Below are positions 40,934 through 55,371 of a stretch of DNA of 64,000 nt, in pieces. The position numbers and the translations under genes were made by a program. The DNA lies in NCBI GenBank assembly GCA_951406725.2, contig OX597826.1:81716001-81780000 (forward strand). Reading direction: 5' to 3'. Below the pieces are notes generated by a model. It was not told the origin of the DNA. It did no database searches and was given only the letters and a program-made list of their open reading frames with translations. The DNA is from Octopus vulgaris. Taxonomy: Eukaryota. Position 1 is the first letter of the stretch, and each line of letters starts with the position of its first letter.

Positions 40934-40990
40934 AACTCTGACGAGTCGTTCATAGAGCTACGGGGCTTATGGATGCGAAACTACTGGTCA
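40934..40990 (+). ncRNA. Hammerhead motif with intact core but no helix I
   Basis: CTGACGA, a ~12-bp helix II, then GAAA-ctactgg-TC; the downstream bases do not pair with the upstream aact. Confidence 0.45.
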
Positions 40991-41115
40991 CTCTATGACC
41001 AGACATATACTTAACATTATATAAATACATTACTGCTTTATGCTTTAGAATGTGCTTCTTTTTCGGTATATGATACACTGACGAGATATATGTGTGTGTG
41101 TGTGTGGTGTGTGTG

Positions 41116-41170
<55 letters not shown>

Positions 41171-41178
<8 letters not shown>

Positions 41179-41430
41179 ATCACGTGACTGACCAGGCTAT
41201 CAGATGTTACACATCGCTGGTCACAATGCTCTTCACATTGTTTTAGCCTTCAAATGACGCCACCCCGCTGGCTAAGCGAGCAGGCCAACAGAAGAAAGAG
41301 TGAAAGTTGTGACTCGTGGAGCTTTAGGTGTTTTCGCTCAATAAACACCCACAACGCCCGGTCTAGGAATCGAAACCGCGATCCTCCGACCGCGTGTCCG
41401 CTGCCCTAACCACTGGGCCATTGCGCCTCC
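41171..41430 (-). mobile_element. SINE family 2 copy with internal deletion, in (TA)n
   Basis: Colinear with 21156-21466 apart from a ~45-bp deletion. Confidence 0.85.
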
Positions 41431-42045
41431 ATATATATATATATATATAACAGATGTCAGAGAAAGAAAGAGAAGAAAGTGCGTATGTGTATCGAGTAAC
41501 AACGTAGGCGAAAGTACAGAGTGATAAAAAAAGTAGAATTAGTATTTGATGCTTCGGATTTATTTGTAGTTGGTCAGAGAAAAAAGCAAGAGAATGGGGG
41601 GAAAAACAATAAAGACAAAGCTCATAGAATAACCAAAACTTCCATATTAACGATGAAAACCTGTTTGTTAGAAATACGATCGTGTACCAGAGATATAACA
41701 GGGTATTTTATGATATCTACTTTATATTTTCATGCTCAACAAATCGTGAATTAGAATGTGTGAAAAGAATTTAAATACAATAAATCATGGATTTGGGAGA
41801 AATATAAGAACTTAAATACATTCGTTTTGTGAATTTGATGTACGAAAAAAGAGAAGGGAGTCTCCTGACGGACAGTTTTGGTGACCGCTCCTCACAGAAG
41901 ATTTACTCGGTTTCTTTTCCCCAATCAACAGCATAGAACACTGATCTAATGTATAAAGTGGTCAAACATTCTACCATCACTGTAGTTATAGTCTAATTTG
42001 CATATGTGTGGTTTTGACGGTTTGTCATAAAAAATGTTGCCATTA

Positions 42046-42089
<44 letters not shown>

Positions 42090-42091
<2 letters not shown>

Positions 42092-42302
42092 GGCGGCAAG
42101 CTGGCAGAATCGTTAGCACGGTGAGCAAAATACTTAACAACATTTAGTCCCACTATACGTTCTGAGTTCAAATTCCCCCGACGTCCTCTTTGTCTTTCAT
42201 CCTCTCGGGATTTATAAAATAACAGCTGAAGACCAGAGACGATGTAGTCGGCTTATTTGCCTCCCCCCAAAATTGCTGGCCTGAAGCTAAAATTTGAAAT
42301 CA
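42090..42302 (+). mobile_element. Meta-like SINE copy (alternative tail), diverged
   Basis: Head GGCGGCAAGCTGGCAGAATCG; tail CCCCCCAAAATTGCTGGCC...AAATTTGAAA. Confidence 0.75.
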
Positions 42303-42348
42303 ATAATACACAAACAATATATATATATAGTTTGTGTATTATTGATTT

Positions 42349-42400
<52 letters not shown>

Positions 42401-43132
42401 AATATAAAACCATCCAGATTTCTGAGTACCTCATTTCTTCTAATATATGATACCTGTACATCATCTCCAAACCTTCTAATATATATATATATGGCAGCGG
42501 TCTAATGACTAAAACGGGTAACAGGTAAAAGATAAGATATATATAATATTGTCTTTCTTTCTTATATTTCTTAAATTTTATACATTTCTTTCCCAAATAG
42601 CTTTGAGCGCAAGAAGTACTTTGAGTTTAGCGTATCAATATAACAAGTACTTTCTATAAGTCAGTTTTAAATTCCTTTTCTTCTGCCGATTTCGTGGATT
42701 TGAGAGTTCATTCAGTCAAGATCTTTTATAGCTATTGTAGCATAACACATTTTGCCCTTATCGAATAATGCCTTTTGTAAATATGGCAAGCAGACAAATG
42801 TAGAGTCTGTTGAGTTTCCAATAAGAAAATGCCAATTGATTCTCTGTGACGATGTCATTGATAGAGCCCCAACCCAGGATTGAAACTAATCCGCTGGAAT
42901 CCTACTTTCTGTCCATGCAAAGAGATAATGATTATACCTGTCGATAACACAGTGTTTTCTTAAAGTACGTTGAATTATTTCTGCATTTAGTACATACTTA
43001 TACCTACCTACCTACCTACCTACCTACCTAACTACCTACCTACCTACCTACCTAACTACCTACATACCTACCTACCTGCCTGCCTGCCTGCCCACCTACC
43101 TACCTACCTTCCTACGTGCCTGCCTACCTACC

Positions 43133-43363
43133 TATTTCTCTACTACCCACAAGGGGCTAAGCACTGAGGGGACAAACAATGACAGACAAACGGATTAAGT
43201 CGATTACATCGACCCCAGTGCGTAACTGGTACTTATTTAATCGACTCCGAAAGGATGAAAGGCAAAGTCGACCTCGGCGGAATTTGAACTCAGAACGTAG
43301 CGATAGACGAAATACTGCTAAGCATTTCGCCCGGCGTGCTAACATCACTGCCAGCTCGCCGCC
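43133..43363 (-). mobile_element. Meta-like SINE copy, full length
   Basis: Complete head, core and tail, inserted in a (TACC)n tract. Confidence 0.88.
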
Positions 43364-44326
43364 TACCTACCTACCTACCTACCTACCTACCTACCTACAC
43401 ATACACACATATGTGGGGTTGTGTATGGTTGTTATAGCATTGAAGGAGAGCACCATTGACGAGCCCTTCGTTTATTAAGTCGCTGCCAAGAAGTGCGTTG
43501 TATAAACTCGCCATCCGATTGAAAACCATTGGAAATTGTGGGATTGTAATAAGTTATTCTACAGACAATTGAAAGAAGTCCAAATGAAATCCCAGCCAGA
43601 CTAAAGGTAGTTTGGGTGATGTGATCCTTCTTTTAGTGACTTCGAAGACATTGCATATAAAGACAAGATGCTTACTTCTGTTGAAAATCTACCAATGCTA
43701 TTTTGTTGCGCAAAACAGCATTGGAAATAATATCATTTCCACGAACAGCAATACTCATTACACTGATAAAAGTAATAAGATAACAACACAAAACAAAACC
43801 AGTGCTTTATTGAAAGAGCCGAGGCAATATTACACCATAAAATTTGAAACCATGAATATCAACGCTATCAATAATTTCAATGCATAAACTCTCAACGCAC
43901 AGACACGAAACAAACAGTTACTGCAACATCATAAACCATAGGCGTACACACCAACACAGACACACACAGAGAGACGTAAAGTGTGGGTGTAGATGTGTGT
44001 CGATATACATACACACACACACATATATATATATATACATCACACTCGTTTAGTACTGGAACAATTATCGATGAAATAAATAAATAAAACATGTGTTATT
44101 TAATGGATTAACTCATTAACTGATGAAGATACATTAACTCGTTTAAATTTGTTGATTAAGCAGTGATATATCGATACAGAGTCATAGGATATTACGCAGA
44201 GAGAGATAATCACATAGCCACCATGCATATATAGCACACTTACATACGCACTCACATATGTATCTACATTATATATCCATATCAAAATATGTAAATATAA
44301 GCGTATACATACACACACACACACAT

Positions 44327-44381
<55 letters not shown>

Positions 44382-44484
44382 CAGACACACAGACACGTAC
44401 AAATATGTATATACGTATTCAAATACACACACTCATATGGATGTAAGTATATGAATGAATGCACATGCATGTATGCATTAATGT

Positions 44485-44541
<57 letters not shown>

Positions 44542-44878
44542 GGCAAACTTTTATGTATATGTATTTCTATGTGCGTAACCTGATTTGATAAATCGCTCTA
44601 AATCTCGCTGCCGATTGTATAATTTCGTTGATGGCCTGGCATGTGCTGCCATGGAACGCAAAACGAACAGCAAGCAGCAAGCGGAACCCTTTTCCCCCAA
44701 TGTTGATCATATACAAGCTTGGTCGACATTTGTTGTTTGTTCGCTTAGAATAACGATCCGTTTAGAGATAAAGGTAAATGGTGGTAGGGGTGAATGTGAA
44801 ACTCTGCCTGATTATACAGTGCCGTGTGCCATTTCTAAACGTTACCATAATTCTTCTTCAAATTTTGGTTAACGATTA

Positions 44879-45325
44879 AGGCGGCGTGCTGGCACAAACG
44901 TTAGCACTCCGGGCGAAATGCTTAGCAGTATTTCGTCTGTCTTTACGTTCTGAGTTCCAATTCCGCTGAGGTCGACTTTGCCTTTCATTCTTTCAGGGTC
45001 GATAAATTAAGTACCAGTTGCGTACTGGGGTCGAGCTATTCGACTGGCCACCCTCCCCTAAAATTTCTGGCCTTGTGCCTAGAGTAGAAAAGAATTTTAA
45101 AATAATGCTAAGGCGGCGAAATGACAGAAACTTTAGCACACCAGGCGAAATGGTTAGCAGTATTTCGTCCGTCTTTACGTTCTGGGTTCAAATTCCGCCG
45201 AGGTCGCATTTACTATTCATTTTTTCGGGGTCGATGAAAATAAGTACAGGTTGAGCAGTGGGATGGATGTAGTCAACGTATACCCCACCCCTAAAGCTTC
45301 TGGCCTTGTGCCAAAATTCGAAATC
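44879..45325 (+). mobile_element. Two adjacent Meta-like SINE copies (alternative tail)
   Basis: Heads at ~44880 and ~45111; both end in CCCCTAAA...TGGCCTTGTGCC. Confidence 0.8.
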
Positions 45326-46310
45326 AATATTAAAATGATTTGTGAAGTAAGTTGAGGCGAGTTTGTTATTAATTCCCCACCTTGGTCATCAATGGAATTC
45401 CACCAAATGTTTGACATTCTCTACACTTGGGGTTTTTATTTCAAGAAGTCGGCCGAATGTTGTACGACTATTTGAGTCTTTCATAGTACTTTTTCGTAAT
45501 TTAGGAATCTAATTACTCTTTAGCTTTGTTATTTTTTTTTTATTCGATAATATTTAAGATAATCCACGTGAACTAACTACACTTTTTCTTATTTCAGTAT
45601 CAAATCGCAGCTCCTTGCTCAGTGAATCTAATTGCGAGTCAAAAGTTACTTCTGAAAGCAAGAAGCGGGCAAACAGAAATTCTGACATATGCTTCTTACC
45701 AGTAATACAAGGAGAGCCTATTGTCAATTCACATTCAACACCTCTTTCCTGTCTTCACCGAAACTAGATCCCTTTGGGGTGCAACCAAATTCACAAACAA
45801 TACAACGGCACTCCACTCTGAAAATTGTCGGCCGAAGAATTTTCATAATTATGCTGTAAAGTATGTAACAATTCCTTCTTCAGGATTCCAACAAACAATT
45901 ATATATCTGTGCACGTATGTGTATATGTAAGTATGCATGTAGGTATGTCTGAATGGTTGAGGGGGTACAGAGAGGAGATGGGTGTATTGGTAGTTCTGAG
46001 TATTGTTGAACATAAGTACTTAGTCCACGAGTACTAATTTCACCTTATATTTTGTGAAAAATAGAATATATTTTTATATCGATTTTCGAGCTTTCTGTTG
46101 TATTGATCCTGATCGATGGAGCAGAACAGGGCGGTGGATGTGACAATTATGTATTTCCAAACTTGAAAAATGTGCTTTAGAGGCTATAAAAATGCTACGC
46201 AGATACGGTTAATGGAGAGCTTCACAGGAATTCTAGATTATATGTATGTGTGCGTGCGTTTTTACATAGATGCAAACACATACTTGTATATGTATATCCA
46301 TGTGTATATG

Positions 46311-46367
<57 letters not shown>

Positions 46368-46391
46368 GTGTGTGTGTGTGTCTGTGTGTGT

Positions 46392-46455
46392 GTCTGGTGA
46401 TTAGGGTTCCTGGTTTTCACCCAGGCGACTAGGTTTCCATTCCTGACTCAGGCGA
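46392..46455 (+). pseudogene. tRNA-Glu(TTC) pseudogene or SINE head
   Basis: Intact anticodon arm CCTGG-TTTTCAC-CCAGG. The D and T arms are mutated, and the 5' acceptor stem is replaced by (TG)n. Confidence 0.6.
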
Positions 46456-47272
46456 TTATTATTTAGGCTCTGGCATATCCGTGTTTCAGAAACCCGTTTC
46501 ACACCTACGTGCTTTTCGCTTCAGCTGCGTTGCTCTGTAACATTAGGCAAGCGTTTTTTTTTCTATAGTTCCGGTCCTACCAATGTCTTGTGAATGCACC
46601 CCTCGTATTTATATATATATGTATATATATATATGTGTGTATGTGTGTGCGCTTCTGTTTCAATTAATCCACTACTGCCGCTGAATAACCGATATTGGTT
46701 TCTTTACACCCCCGCAACATAGCAATTAGGCAAGAGTCTGACAGGTTGAACGAACTCACAGCGGTTCTTTAATTGGCCCAGTGGGAATTCGGTGAACCTA
46801 TGTAAAAAAAACCCCAGCTGAATACCAGTTCTAATTCCTGCACGAGATTCGAAGTATCTTTCGTATATTTTCATTGAAAATACTTTAAACAGTTTAATTA
46901 GCTATTACGTTAAAAAAACAACAATTATAATTCTTAATTAATAGCATATGGATTAGAATCTCTTAGAGCTTCCGAAAAGTTAATCTTGTAATTATAACAA
47001 GGATTTCAGAAGGTGTCTTAATTACGCTTCCTCCTCAGATAAAAACAATAAATGTAATAGATGCGTCACAGTTGTGATATTTCTAGAAAATCTACAGATT
47101 ACAGACTCCATCTCATTTGTTCTAGAAGTTTCAGAATGGAATATTCTCGTTTTTACTTCTTTTTTCTTAAACAGTGCGTTTCAGGTATTTACAAGACTCT
47201 CAGACTCTCGTTTTATCGATCTCGCTCCACATCTACGAATCTATTTATCTCTCTACCTGTGTGTGTGTGAGT

Positions 47273-47343
<71 letters not shown>

Positions 47344-47457
47344 CGGGAGAGCGGGAGAGCGTGTGCGTGCGTGCGTATGCATGTGTCAATCTTGCTGAAA
47401 ATATGTGTAAATATATGAATGTGTGTATGTATGTGTTTGTATATATATATATATATG

Positions 47458-47677
47458 TTTCTTTACTACCCACAAGGGGCCAAACAGAGGGGACAAACAA
47501 GGACAGACAAAGGGATTAAGTCGATTACATCGACCCCAGTGCGAAACTGGTACTTTATTTATCGACCCCGAAAGGATGAAAGGCAAAGTCAACCTCGGCG
47601 GAATTTGAACTCAGAACGTAACGACAGACGAAACACTGCTAGGCATTTTGCCCGGCCTGCTAACGATTCTGACAGCT
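47458..47677 (-). mobile_element. Meta-like SINE copy
   Basis: Homologous to 43133-43363. Confidence 0.85.
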
Positions 47678-48309
47678 TGTGTTTGTATATATATATTTGG
47701 GTGTGTGTTTGTGTGTGTGTATGCATATATGTATAGGAGTGGCTGTGTGGTAAGTAGCATGCTTACCAACCACATGGTTCCGGGTTCAGTTACATATAAA
47801 TATAATGGAGTATACATCAAAATATAGAAAGATATTTCGTTTAAAAATTATGGAATGCAGAGAGTAATAAATGTTTAAAAAGAGTTTTTGGTACCTTACT
47901 TTAATGAAATGAAGTATTCCACGACCGTTTCAAGGGTTCATTCCGAGAGTACATGTGAATCTTACGTTTCACTTTGAAGGAATGAATGCCCCATCATCAG
48001 GGAAAAGAGAAGAACAGTGCTTGCGCCAGAAATGTGTTTAACTCATTTCTGGCACAAACACATACTGCATTTCCTAATTTTAAAACGAAATATCTCTGTA
48101 TTTTATTATCCTCATCTGTATTTCTGTCTATACTCCATTATATTTATATTTGTATATATTTATTTGTCCTTGCATATTTTTAACATTAATATATATTTCC
48201 ATATCTCTATATCTCTTTATTTTGAATGTATTAATATATGTTCTAGACAATTCTTTTTATTAAATCCGCATATGTATACAACAATCGTTGTCCGCTTGAG
48301 TTGAATTTC

Positions 48310-48795
<486 letters not shown>

Positions 48796-48959
48796 ACAAG
48801 TCAAATTGCGATAAAATAAAATTAATTATTATCGCTGGTGAAACTAGCTCAGGCCATATATTATTCATATATCAGTACATTAAAAGGCGAAATATGTGCT
48901 AGAAACACAGAAGCTAGATAAATTTAGTGAAATGAAAATAAAAACATTTACTAACTCGG

Positions 48960-48994
<35 letters not shown>

Positions 48995-49005
48995 AATATA
49001 TATGC

Positions 49006-49080
<75 letters not shown>

Positions 49081-49081
49081 T

Positions 49082-52000
49082 GTAACTTAGAATAACTTAG
49101 AAAGGTTTTTGGCCAGTATTGGCCCAGGCCATGTCTAACTTAATAGCACCACCTGGCGAAGTCTTTCAGTTCAGGATTTGGGCACCAAGGCCCATTCGAG
49201 CAGAGAGTTATTGTTTGCGGAGACATATCCGGGTGTGGATGGTTTGTCCGGTACTGTTTGAAGGAATTTGTCCAAAGACTTCTTGAATTTTGTGTGGTCA
49301 GTTTCTTTTTTGACGTGTCCTGGTGTAATGTTGAAGAGAGCGGGTCCAATTGAGGTGAAATAGTTGTGCCGTATTGTCGTTATGTGATGCGATTTAGATT
49401 TTTGTTGTGGACGGATGGCACGTGGTCCAAGCCTTGGATGCATTTTGAAGGTGATGCCAACATCATTCGGACAGTGCTGATGGAATATTTTCCACATCAT
49501 ACAGATAATGTAGCGTTCACGGCGTCGTTGGAGTGAATACAATTTCAGCTTCTCTAGTCTACCCCAGTAGTCAAGGTCTGACATGCCATCTATCTTTTTT
49601 GTGATTGACCTTTGGGGAGCTTCAATTCTCATAATATTTTGTTTTGTGTAGGGAGACCACAGTGGACAGCAGTATTCAAGGTGGGGTCGGGCAAAAGTGG
49701 AGAAGAGAAGGATAATAGCGTGGGAATCTCTCGACTGGAAGGTTCTGAGAATCCAGGAACACATTCTGCGGGCCATGTCAACTTTGCTGCTTATATGTGT
49801 AGCCCAGCTTATGTTGTTGTCCACTGTTACTCCCAGGTCTCTGATGTTGTTGGATGCCATGAGAATTTCTCCAGAAGGAAGAGAGTATGGGAGTTTCAGA
49901 GCGTCCTCCCTTCCAAAGTGGATCAGTTCGAATTTGTCTTCATTTAGCAACATGTTATTCTTTTCCGCCCATTGGACAACAGCTAGTAGGTCTGACTGAA
50001 GGTTTATTCGGTCATCCACGCCATTGATGACCTTCTGGAGCTTGGAATCATCAGCGAAGGTTCTGATGTTGCTGTGTTTGATGGTGTCAGTAATATCATT
50101 TATGTAGATGATGAAGAGAAGTGGGCCCAACACAGTGCCTTGTGGGACACCACTGCTGACTTTGGCTGGGCTGGATTTGACTCCTTCGACTACAACATGT
50201 TGGGTTCTGTTAGAGAGGAAGCACTTGATCCATTGCAGCAGCTTTCCAGTGACACCAATATTGGACAGCTTTCTCAGAAGGATCTTATGATCAACCCTGT
50301 CAAAGGCCTTGCTGAAATCAAGGTAGATGACATCAGTGTTGGAACCCTCTCCCAAGGCTCTCAAAATGTCATCAAAATGATGCAGTAGCTGCGTCAGGCA
50401 ATCTCTCCCATTACGGAATCCATGCTGGTTGGGGTTCAGCATATTATGACTCTCAAGGAAGTGAGTCATACGCGATCTCAGCACCCTCTCAAATACCTTG
50501 ATGATATGAGAGGTGAGTGAGATTGGACGGTAATTCACGGCAAGCGATTTGTTTCCTTTTTTGAAAACTGGGACAACAGACTGGGATAGAAGGTCTTCTG
50601 GTATATATCCAGCATCCAATGAGTTCCGCCACAGATTGGCTAGAGGGGGTGCAAGTTGGTTTTGACACATCTTCAAGACACAAGCAGGGAACCTATCGGG
50701 ACCTACTGCTGAATTATGCTTCATTTCCTTTATTGCTGCTAAGACATCAGGAGCGCCAAATGTTATGTCCGATAAAGTGTATTGGGGAGTAACATCACTG
50801 ATACAGCCCAGATCAGTCATATCAGGATTGCTGAAAACAGAGCAATATTGTTTCTGCAATATTTCTCCCATGGTTTTGGCATTGTCTTGAAGAATACCAT
50901 TTTCATCAATCAGAGGGCCAACAGTAGAACCAGTGACTCTGTGTTTTTTTGCAAATGAAAAGAACACTTTGGGATTGAGTTTGATCTTCTCAATGGCCCA
51001 GGCCTCTTCAGCTCTTCGCTGACTATTGATGATAGACATCATGTTGTTTTGGAGTTTATGTTTTTTAATCTCTAGCGACGAGATGGCAGTCAGGTTGGTG
51101 TGTTGCTGTTGACAGTATTTCAGCATGTTGATCTTTTTGTTGATTCTTTTAATTTTCCTTATGAGAGATTTTCTATTTCTAGGGATTCGACACTTAGATT
51201 TGTTTGCAGATCTTAATGGGGTGTGTCTTGCACATATGTTCGTGATGGTGTCTACAAGTGACTGCCAGGACTTTTTGATGTTAGTGGGTGTGTATGTGTG
51301 CGTGAAGGACCAATCGACTTGTGCAAGATCATTATTGATCGCTTCCCAGTTTGCATTGTGGAAATCCATAGTGTCAAATGGATGAACAGGAGGGATGACA
51401 TTTGTTTTGCATTTTGGCCAGTGAAATCTCAGATCACAGAGAACCATGTCATGGTCGGAGAGTAGGGTTTTCTCCACTGCAATATTGTGGATAGTATCAG
51501 TGTGATTGCTGAAAATTAAGTCTAAGACGTTTTTGTGACATCTCGTTGGTTCGAGTACCAGTTGGGACAAGAAGAAGTCATCCATGAAGTCAAGAAGCGA
51601 TTCCACTGCCTCCCTGTCAGGGGTTGAGAGAGAAGAACCTGGCGACAGACTGTTTGTAGACCAGTCAACCCCGGGAAGGTTGAAATCTCCCATCATTAAA
51701 ATGTTGTCAGGTTGACACTGCTGAATGAAACACTTTATGCTGTTGAGGCATTCCTTGAAGCATGGTAGAGGCGTTTGGGGTGGTCTGTAGAGCCCAACTA
51801 CTGTTAAGTTGTTGGTTTGACTGAATACAGCGACTGCTTCGCAGTATCCATTCGAAAATATGTTCATGGCTTCTGTTGAGAACGAATCATGGACATAAAT
51901 GGCAGTCCCACCCTTTCTTCTGCCAACACGATCAGCACGAATGGTTTTGAAATTTTTAACTTTCACCTCGGCTTCCAAGTGGAGGTCACTAAGATGGGTT

Positions 52001-52360
52001 TCAGTGAGGACGAAGAAAGGGATGTGGTTTGGATGGGCCTCGACCCAGTCCTCCAGGAATCTTATCTTCCATTTTTGTGTATTGGTGGAAGGGCTGATGC
52101 CTTGGGCATTAAGCAGAAATGTTGAGGCGAGAGTGGATGGTTTTAATTGTTTTGGTGATTTGTTTATTTGATTGCTTTTTAATGGCATGTGTAGTGGGGT
52201 AATAGTGGTGGATGGCGGTGGGTGATAGCTCGGATGTTTTTTTCCAGTTCTTTTGCTAGATTCATTATAGCTAAAAAAAGAGGAAGAAGAGGTGGTTTCC
52301 TGTCTAGGGAACCGCAGGTGACTGTGGCCGCGGCTATTTTTATGTGAGTGGTTATCTTTA
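49082..52360 (-). mobile_element. CR1-like LINE, 5'-truncated upstream of ORF2, inserted in a (TA)n/TGCATG tract
   Basis: ORF2 is followed by a short 3' UTR ending in the tandem ttctaagtta x2 (minus strand). About 170 bp of unique sequence lies upstream of ORF2, and (TA)n flanks both ends. Confidence 0.85.
49171..52188 (-). CDS. Intact non-LTR retrotransposon ORF2 (AP endonuclease + reverse transcriptase), CR1/L2-group-like
   Basis: 1005-aa ORF. APE motifs: LLNAQG, LTETH, GLYRPP, GDFN, LDL, SDH. RT motifs: [41 protein letters not shown]-terminal RPHLEYC..WSPY and LQRRRER. Confidence 0.95.
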   Translation of the reverse strand: MPLKSNQINKSPKQLKPSTLASTFLLNAQGISPSTNTQKWKIRFLEDWVEAHPNHIPFFVLTETHLSDLHLEAEVKVKNFKTIRADRVGRRKGGTAIYVHDSFSTEAMNIFSNGYCEAVAVFSQTNNLTVVGLYRPPQTPLPCFKECLNSIKCFIQQCQPDNILMMGDFNLPGVDWSTNSLSPGSSLSTPDREAVESLLDFMDDFFLSQLVLEPTRCHKNVLDLIFSNHTDTIHNIAVEKTLLSDHDMVLCDLRFHWPKCKTNVIPPVHPFDTMDFHNANWEAINNDLAQVDWSFTHTYTPTNIKKSWQSLVDTITNICARHTPLRSANKSKCRIPRNRKSLIRKIKRINKKINMLKYCQQQHTNLTAISSLEIKKHKLQNNMMSIINSQRRAEEAWAIEKIKLNPKVFFSFAKKHRVTGSTVGPLIDENGILQDNAKTMGEILQKQYCSVFSNPDMTDLGCISDVTPQYTLSDITFGAPDVLAAIKEMKHNSAVGPDRFPACVLKMCQNQLAPPLANLWRNSLDAGYIPEDLLSQSVVPVFKKGNKSLAVNYRPISLTSHIIKVFERVLRSRMTHFLESHNMLNPNQHGFRNGRDCLTQLLHHFDDILRALGEGSNTDVIYLDFSKAFDRVDHKILLRKLSNIGVTGKLLQWIKCFLSNRTQHVVVEGVKSSPAKVSSGVPQGTVLGPLLFIIYINDITDTIKHSNIRTFADDSKLQKVINGVDDRINLQSDLLAVVQWAEKNNMLLNEDKFELIHFGREDALKLPYSLPSGEILMASNNIRDLGVTVDNNISWATHISSKVDMARRMCSWILRTFQSRDSHAIILLFSTFARPHLEYCCPLWSPYTKQNIMRIEAPQRSITKKIDGMSDLDYWGRLEKLKLYSLQRRRERYIICMMWKIFHQHCPNDVGITFKMHPRLGPRAIRPQQKSKSHHITTIRHNYFTSIGPALFNITPGHVKKETDHTKFKKSLDKFLQTVPDKPSTPGYVSANNNSLLEWALVPKS

Positions 52361-52361
52361 A

Positions 52362-52548
<187 letters not shown>

Positions 52549-52576
52549 TGTATATATATATATATATATATGCATG

Positions 52577-52665
<89 letters not shown>

Positions 52666-53159
52666 ACATGTATATATATAACTCAGCAGTTCGGCAAAAG
52701 AGACCGATAGAATAAGTACTAGGCTTACAAAGAATAAGTCCTGGGGTCGATTTGCTAGACTAAAGGTGGTGTTCCAGCATGGCCACAGTCAAATGATTGA
52801 AACAAGTAAATGAATAAAAGAGTAAATATATATATATACGTACTTAACGTCAACAAATAAATATATTGGTTAATGAAATTCTAATTCTGATCTCCACGTT
52901 TTATTTTTGTATTTTTTTTGTTACAATAGAGAGGGAAAGAGAAAAAGAGGATAAGGGGAAGAGTGAGGCAGAAAGAGAGAGTGAAAGAAAAAGAGGGAAA
53001 AAGGAAAGAGGGAGAGAGAAGCGCCCATCGCTTGTGGTAGGGGGAATGTAATATTTATTACGTGTTAAAAAAGTTAGCTGACGGTAGTGATATCGAGGAG
53101 AGTTAGGAATATAATTTTAGCAGAGGGGTAATGTTCTGATGGAGAGATTAAAGAAAGGC

Positions 53160-53425
53160 AGAGAGAGAGAGGGTGAGAGAGAGAGAAAAGAAAGAGAGTG
53201 AGAGACAGAGAGAAGAGCGAGTGAGAGAGAGAGGAAAAGAGAGAGAGAGAGAAAGAGAGAGCGAGTGAGAGAGAGAGAGAAAGAGAGAGCGAGTGAGAGA
53301 GAGAGAGAAAGAGAGAGCGAGTGAGAGAGAGAGAGAAAGAGAGAGCGAGTGAGAGAGAGAAAGAGAGAGATAGAGAGAGGGAGAGAGAAATAGAGAGATA
53401 GATAGAGAGAGATAGAGAGAGGGAG
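53160..53425. repeat. (GA)n-derived higher-order repeat (unit ~GAAAGAGAGAGCGAGTGAGAGAGAGAGA)
   Basis: The GCGAGT marker recurs five times at roughly regular spacing. Confidence 0.85.
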
Positions 53426-53479
53426 GTGTGCTGGTGGATGCATCGATGGTGAGTACATAGTGAAAAATATATTTTTTTA

Positions 53480-54491
53480 AAACTGAACTAAGCAAACTTG
53501 CCATTCACTTTAGAAAGAAACCAGTTTCCCGTTCGTCTGTCATATGCAGTGACTATCAATAAATCACAAGGGCAGACATTTGATAAAGTGGGGCTGTTCT
53601 TGCCTGAACCTGTATTCGACCATGATCAGCTATATATTGCATTCTCAAGAGCTCGCAAATTATCCGACGAGAGATTTTAAGTTATCAACGCTGACAAATA
53701 AGGAAAAAGAGAAGGGAGATGCTACACGAAGAACATAGTCTGCAAAGAAGTACGGTAATCCCTCGCCATATTGCGGTTCACCTATCTCCGGTTATTATTT
53801 AAACTTATGCCGATTCCTCTGTAGTATTGTTTTGCATTTATAATAAAATGAATATATACAAATTATAAAAGTAATTAAAAAAATATACAGTACTGTTTCT
53901 ACTTCGCGGATTTTTACCTTCCGTGGGTGGTTTTGGAGCGCAACACCCGCGATAGTCGGGGGATTACTGTACTGGATTGAAAGGTGAACGCATAATGAAG
54001 TGTGTATCGGCTCTGACCCATCGGCTCGGCATATAAGTTATTAACGATGTGGTTTCCAGAATATGCCAAGCTGCATTAAATTTTTACCCCATGAAATTGT
54101 GATCCCCTATATTTTGCATATGAATTAATACTTTTAAAGAACTTTTATTTTCTAGATATGAAATTGTGACCATGTAAATTTTTAAATGTAATTTTTTCTG
54201 TCTATGGGGAAAATGGAAAAATTAAGAGTGAATATTTATTTTATGAGTGATGTGTATTAAGACCATAAAATTGTGCATAAAGTATATAAAGTATATATAT
54301 ATATATATATAAAGTTCATTAAGTAATCATTGTATTCCAGTTTCCTCCCCTTTTCAATGAATAGCAGATGAGCGACTGTCTTTTCATACAGACACAACAC
54401 AGGCTACGCTTTCAGGTTTTTGGATGAGGGTTTCAGAAATAATCCAATAGGTTTACTATTAACTCCGTGAAATATTCACGGGTCCTGTTAG
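53480..54491 (+). mobile_element. Helitron 3' fragment (Pif1-type helicase C-terminus)
   Basis: FPVRLSYAVTINKSQGQTFDKVGLFLPEPVFDHDQLYIAFSR. A hairpin CCGTGAA/TTCACGG at 54465-54481 is followed by TTAG (a degenerate CTAG end). Confidence 0.8.
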
Positions 54492-55165
54492 TATTATCAT
54501 AATGCAAGTATATTTCCGTCGTATTCTAAGATATCTCCTGAACAGCTTAGTTCTACGCACCGCCTCTATGTATTTTAAATGGCGAGTAATAGTTTAAATG
54601 TGGTATGGATTTTTGCCATAATCAGTTTCAGGTTGATGGGTGGTGTTATAAAACATTACAGTTCTATCATGAACTGATAAATACGATTCCTAAGGCGGTC
54701 TGCTAAAATACCTCCCCACCACAAATACCGGTTAAATATTGTCAGTTATACTACTATCCATCTTCTTTCAAGAGTTATCTACTCCTAGCAGTGTGCTATA
54801 GCTTTGATAATGATAAGTCGATTTCAAATTTCTCTATCAGTATCGAATCTCCAACGATCAAATATGGGAACGATTAATATACATGATTCCTGAATTGTAG
54901 ATTTGGGGAATTTAATGTATACGAAACTTGCGTAAGCTGATTAAATGTTTATAATTCTCCATTCTTTTATTTTTCTCTACTCTGTAACCTTATATTGAAT
55001 TTATTCACTGTGTGAACTTCGGGTGCAAAGACGAGACAGGTGGTGGAATGTAAAGTGACCACCCACGGAGATATCAATGGTTATTACGAGACAATTTAGT
55101 TTACCATTTTTGATCCTCACACTGCTTATAAAATTTTCGCCTGGATTTTCAATCCGCTCTTTTAC

Positions 55166-55371
<206 letters not shown>

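Noticed and set aside
45700-45817. Good-looking acceptor and donor pair on the minus strand
   Set aside because: Stop codons occur in all three frames.
53498-53680. Host PIF1 helicase exon
   Set aside because: Stops follow immediately and a Helitron-type 3' hairpin lies downstream, so a Helitron relic explains it better.
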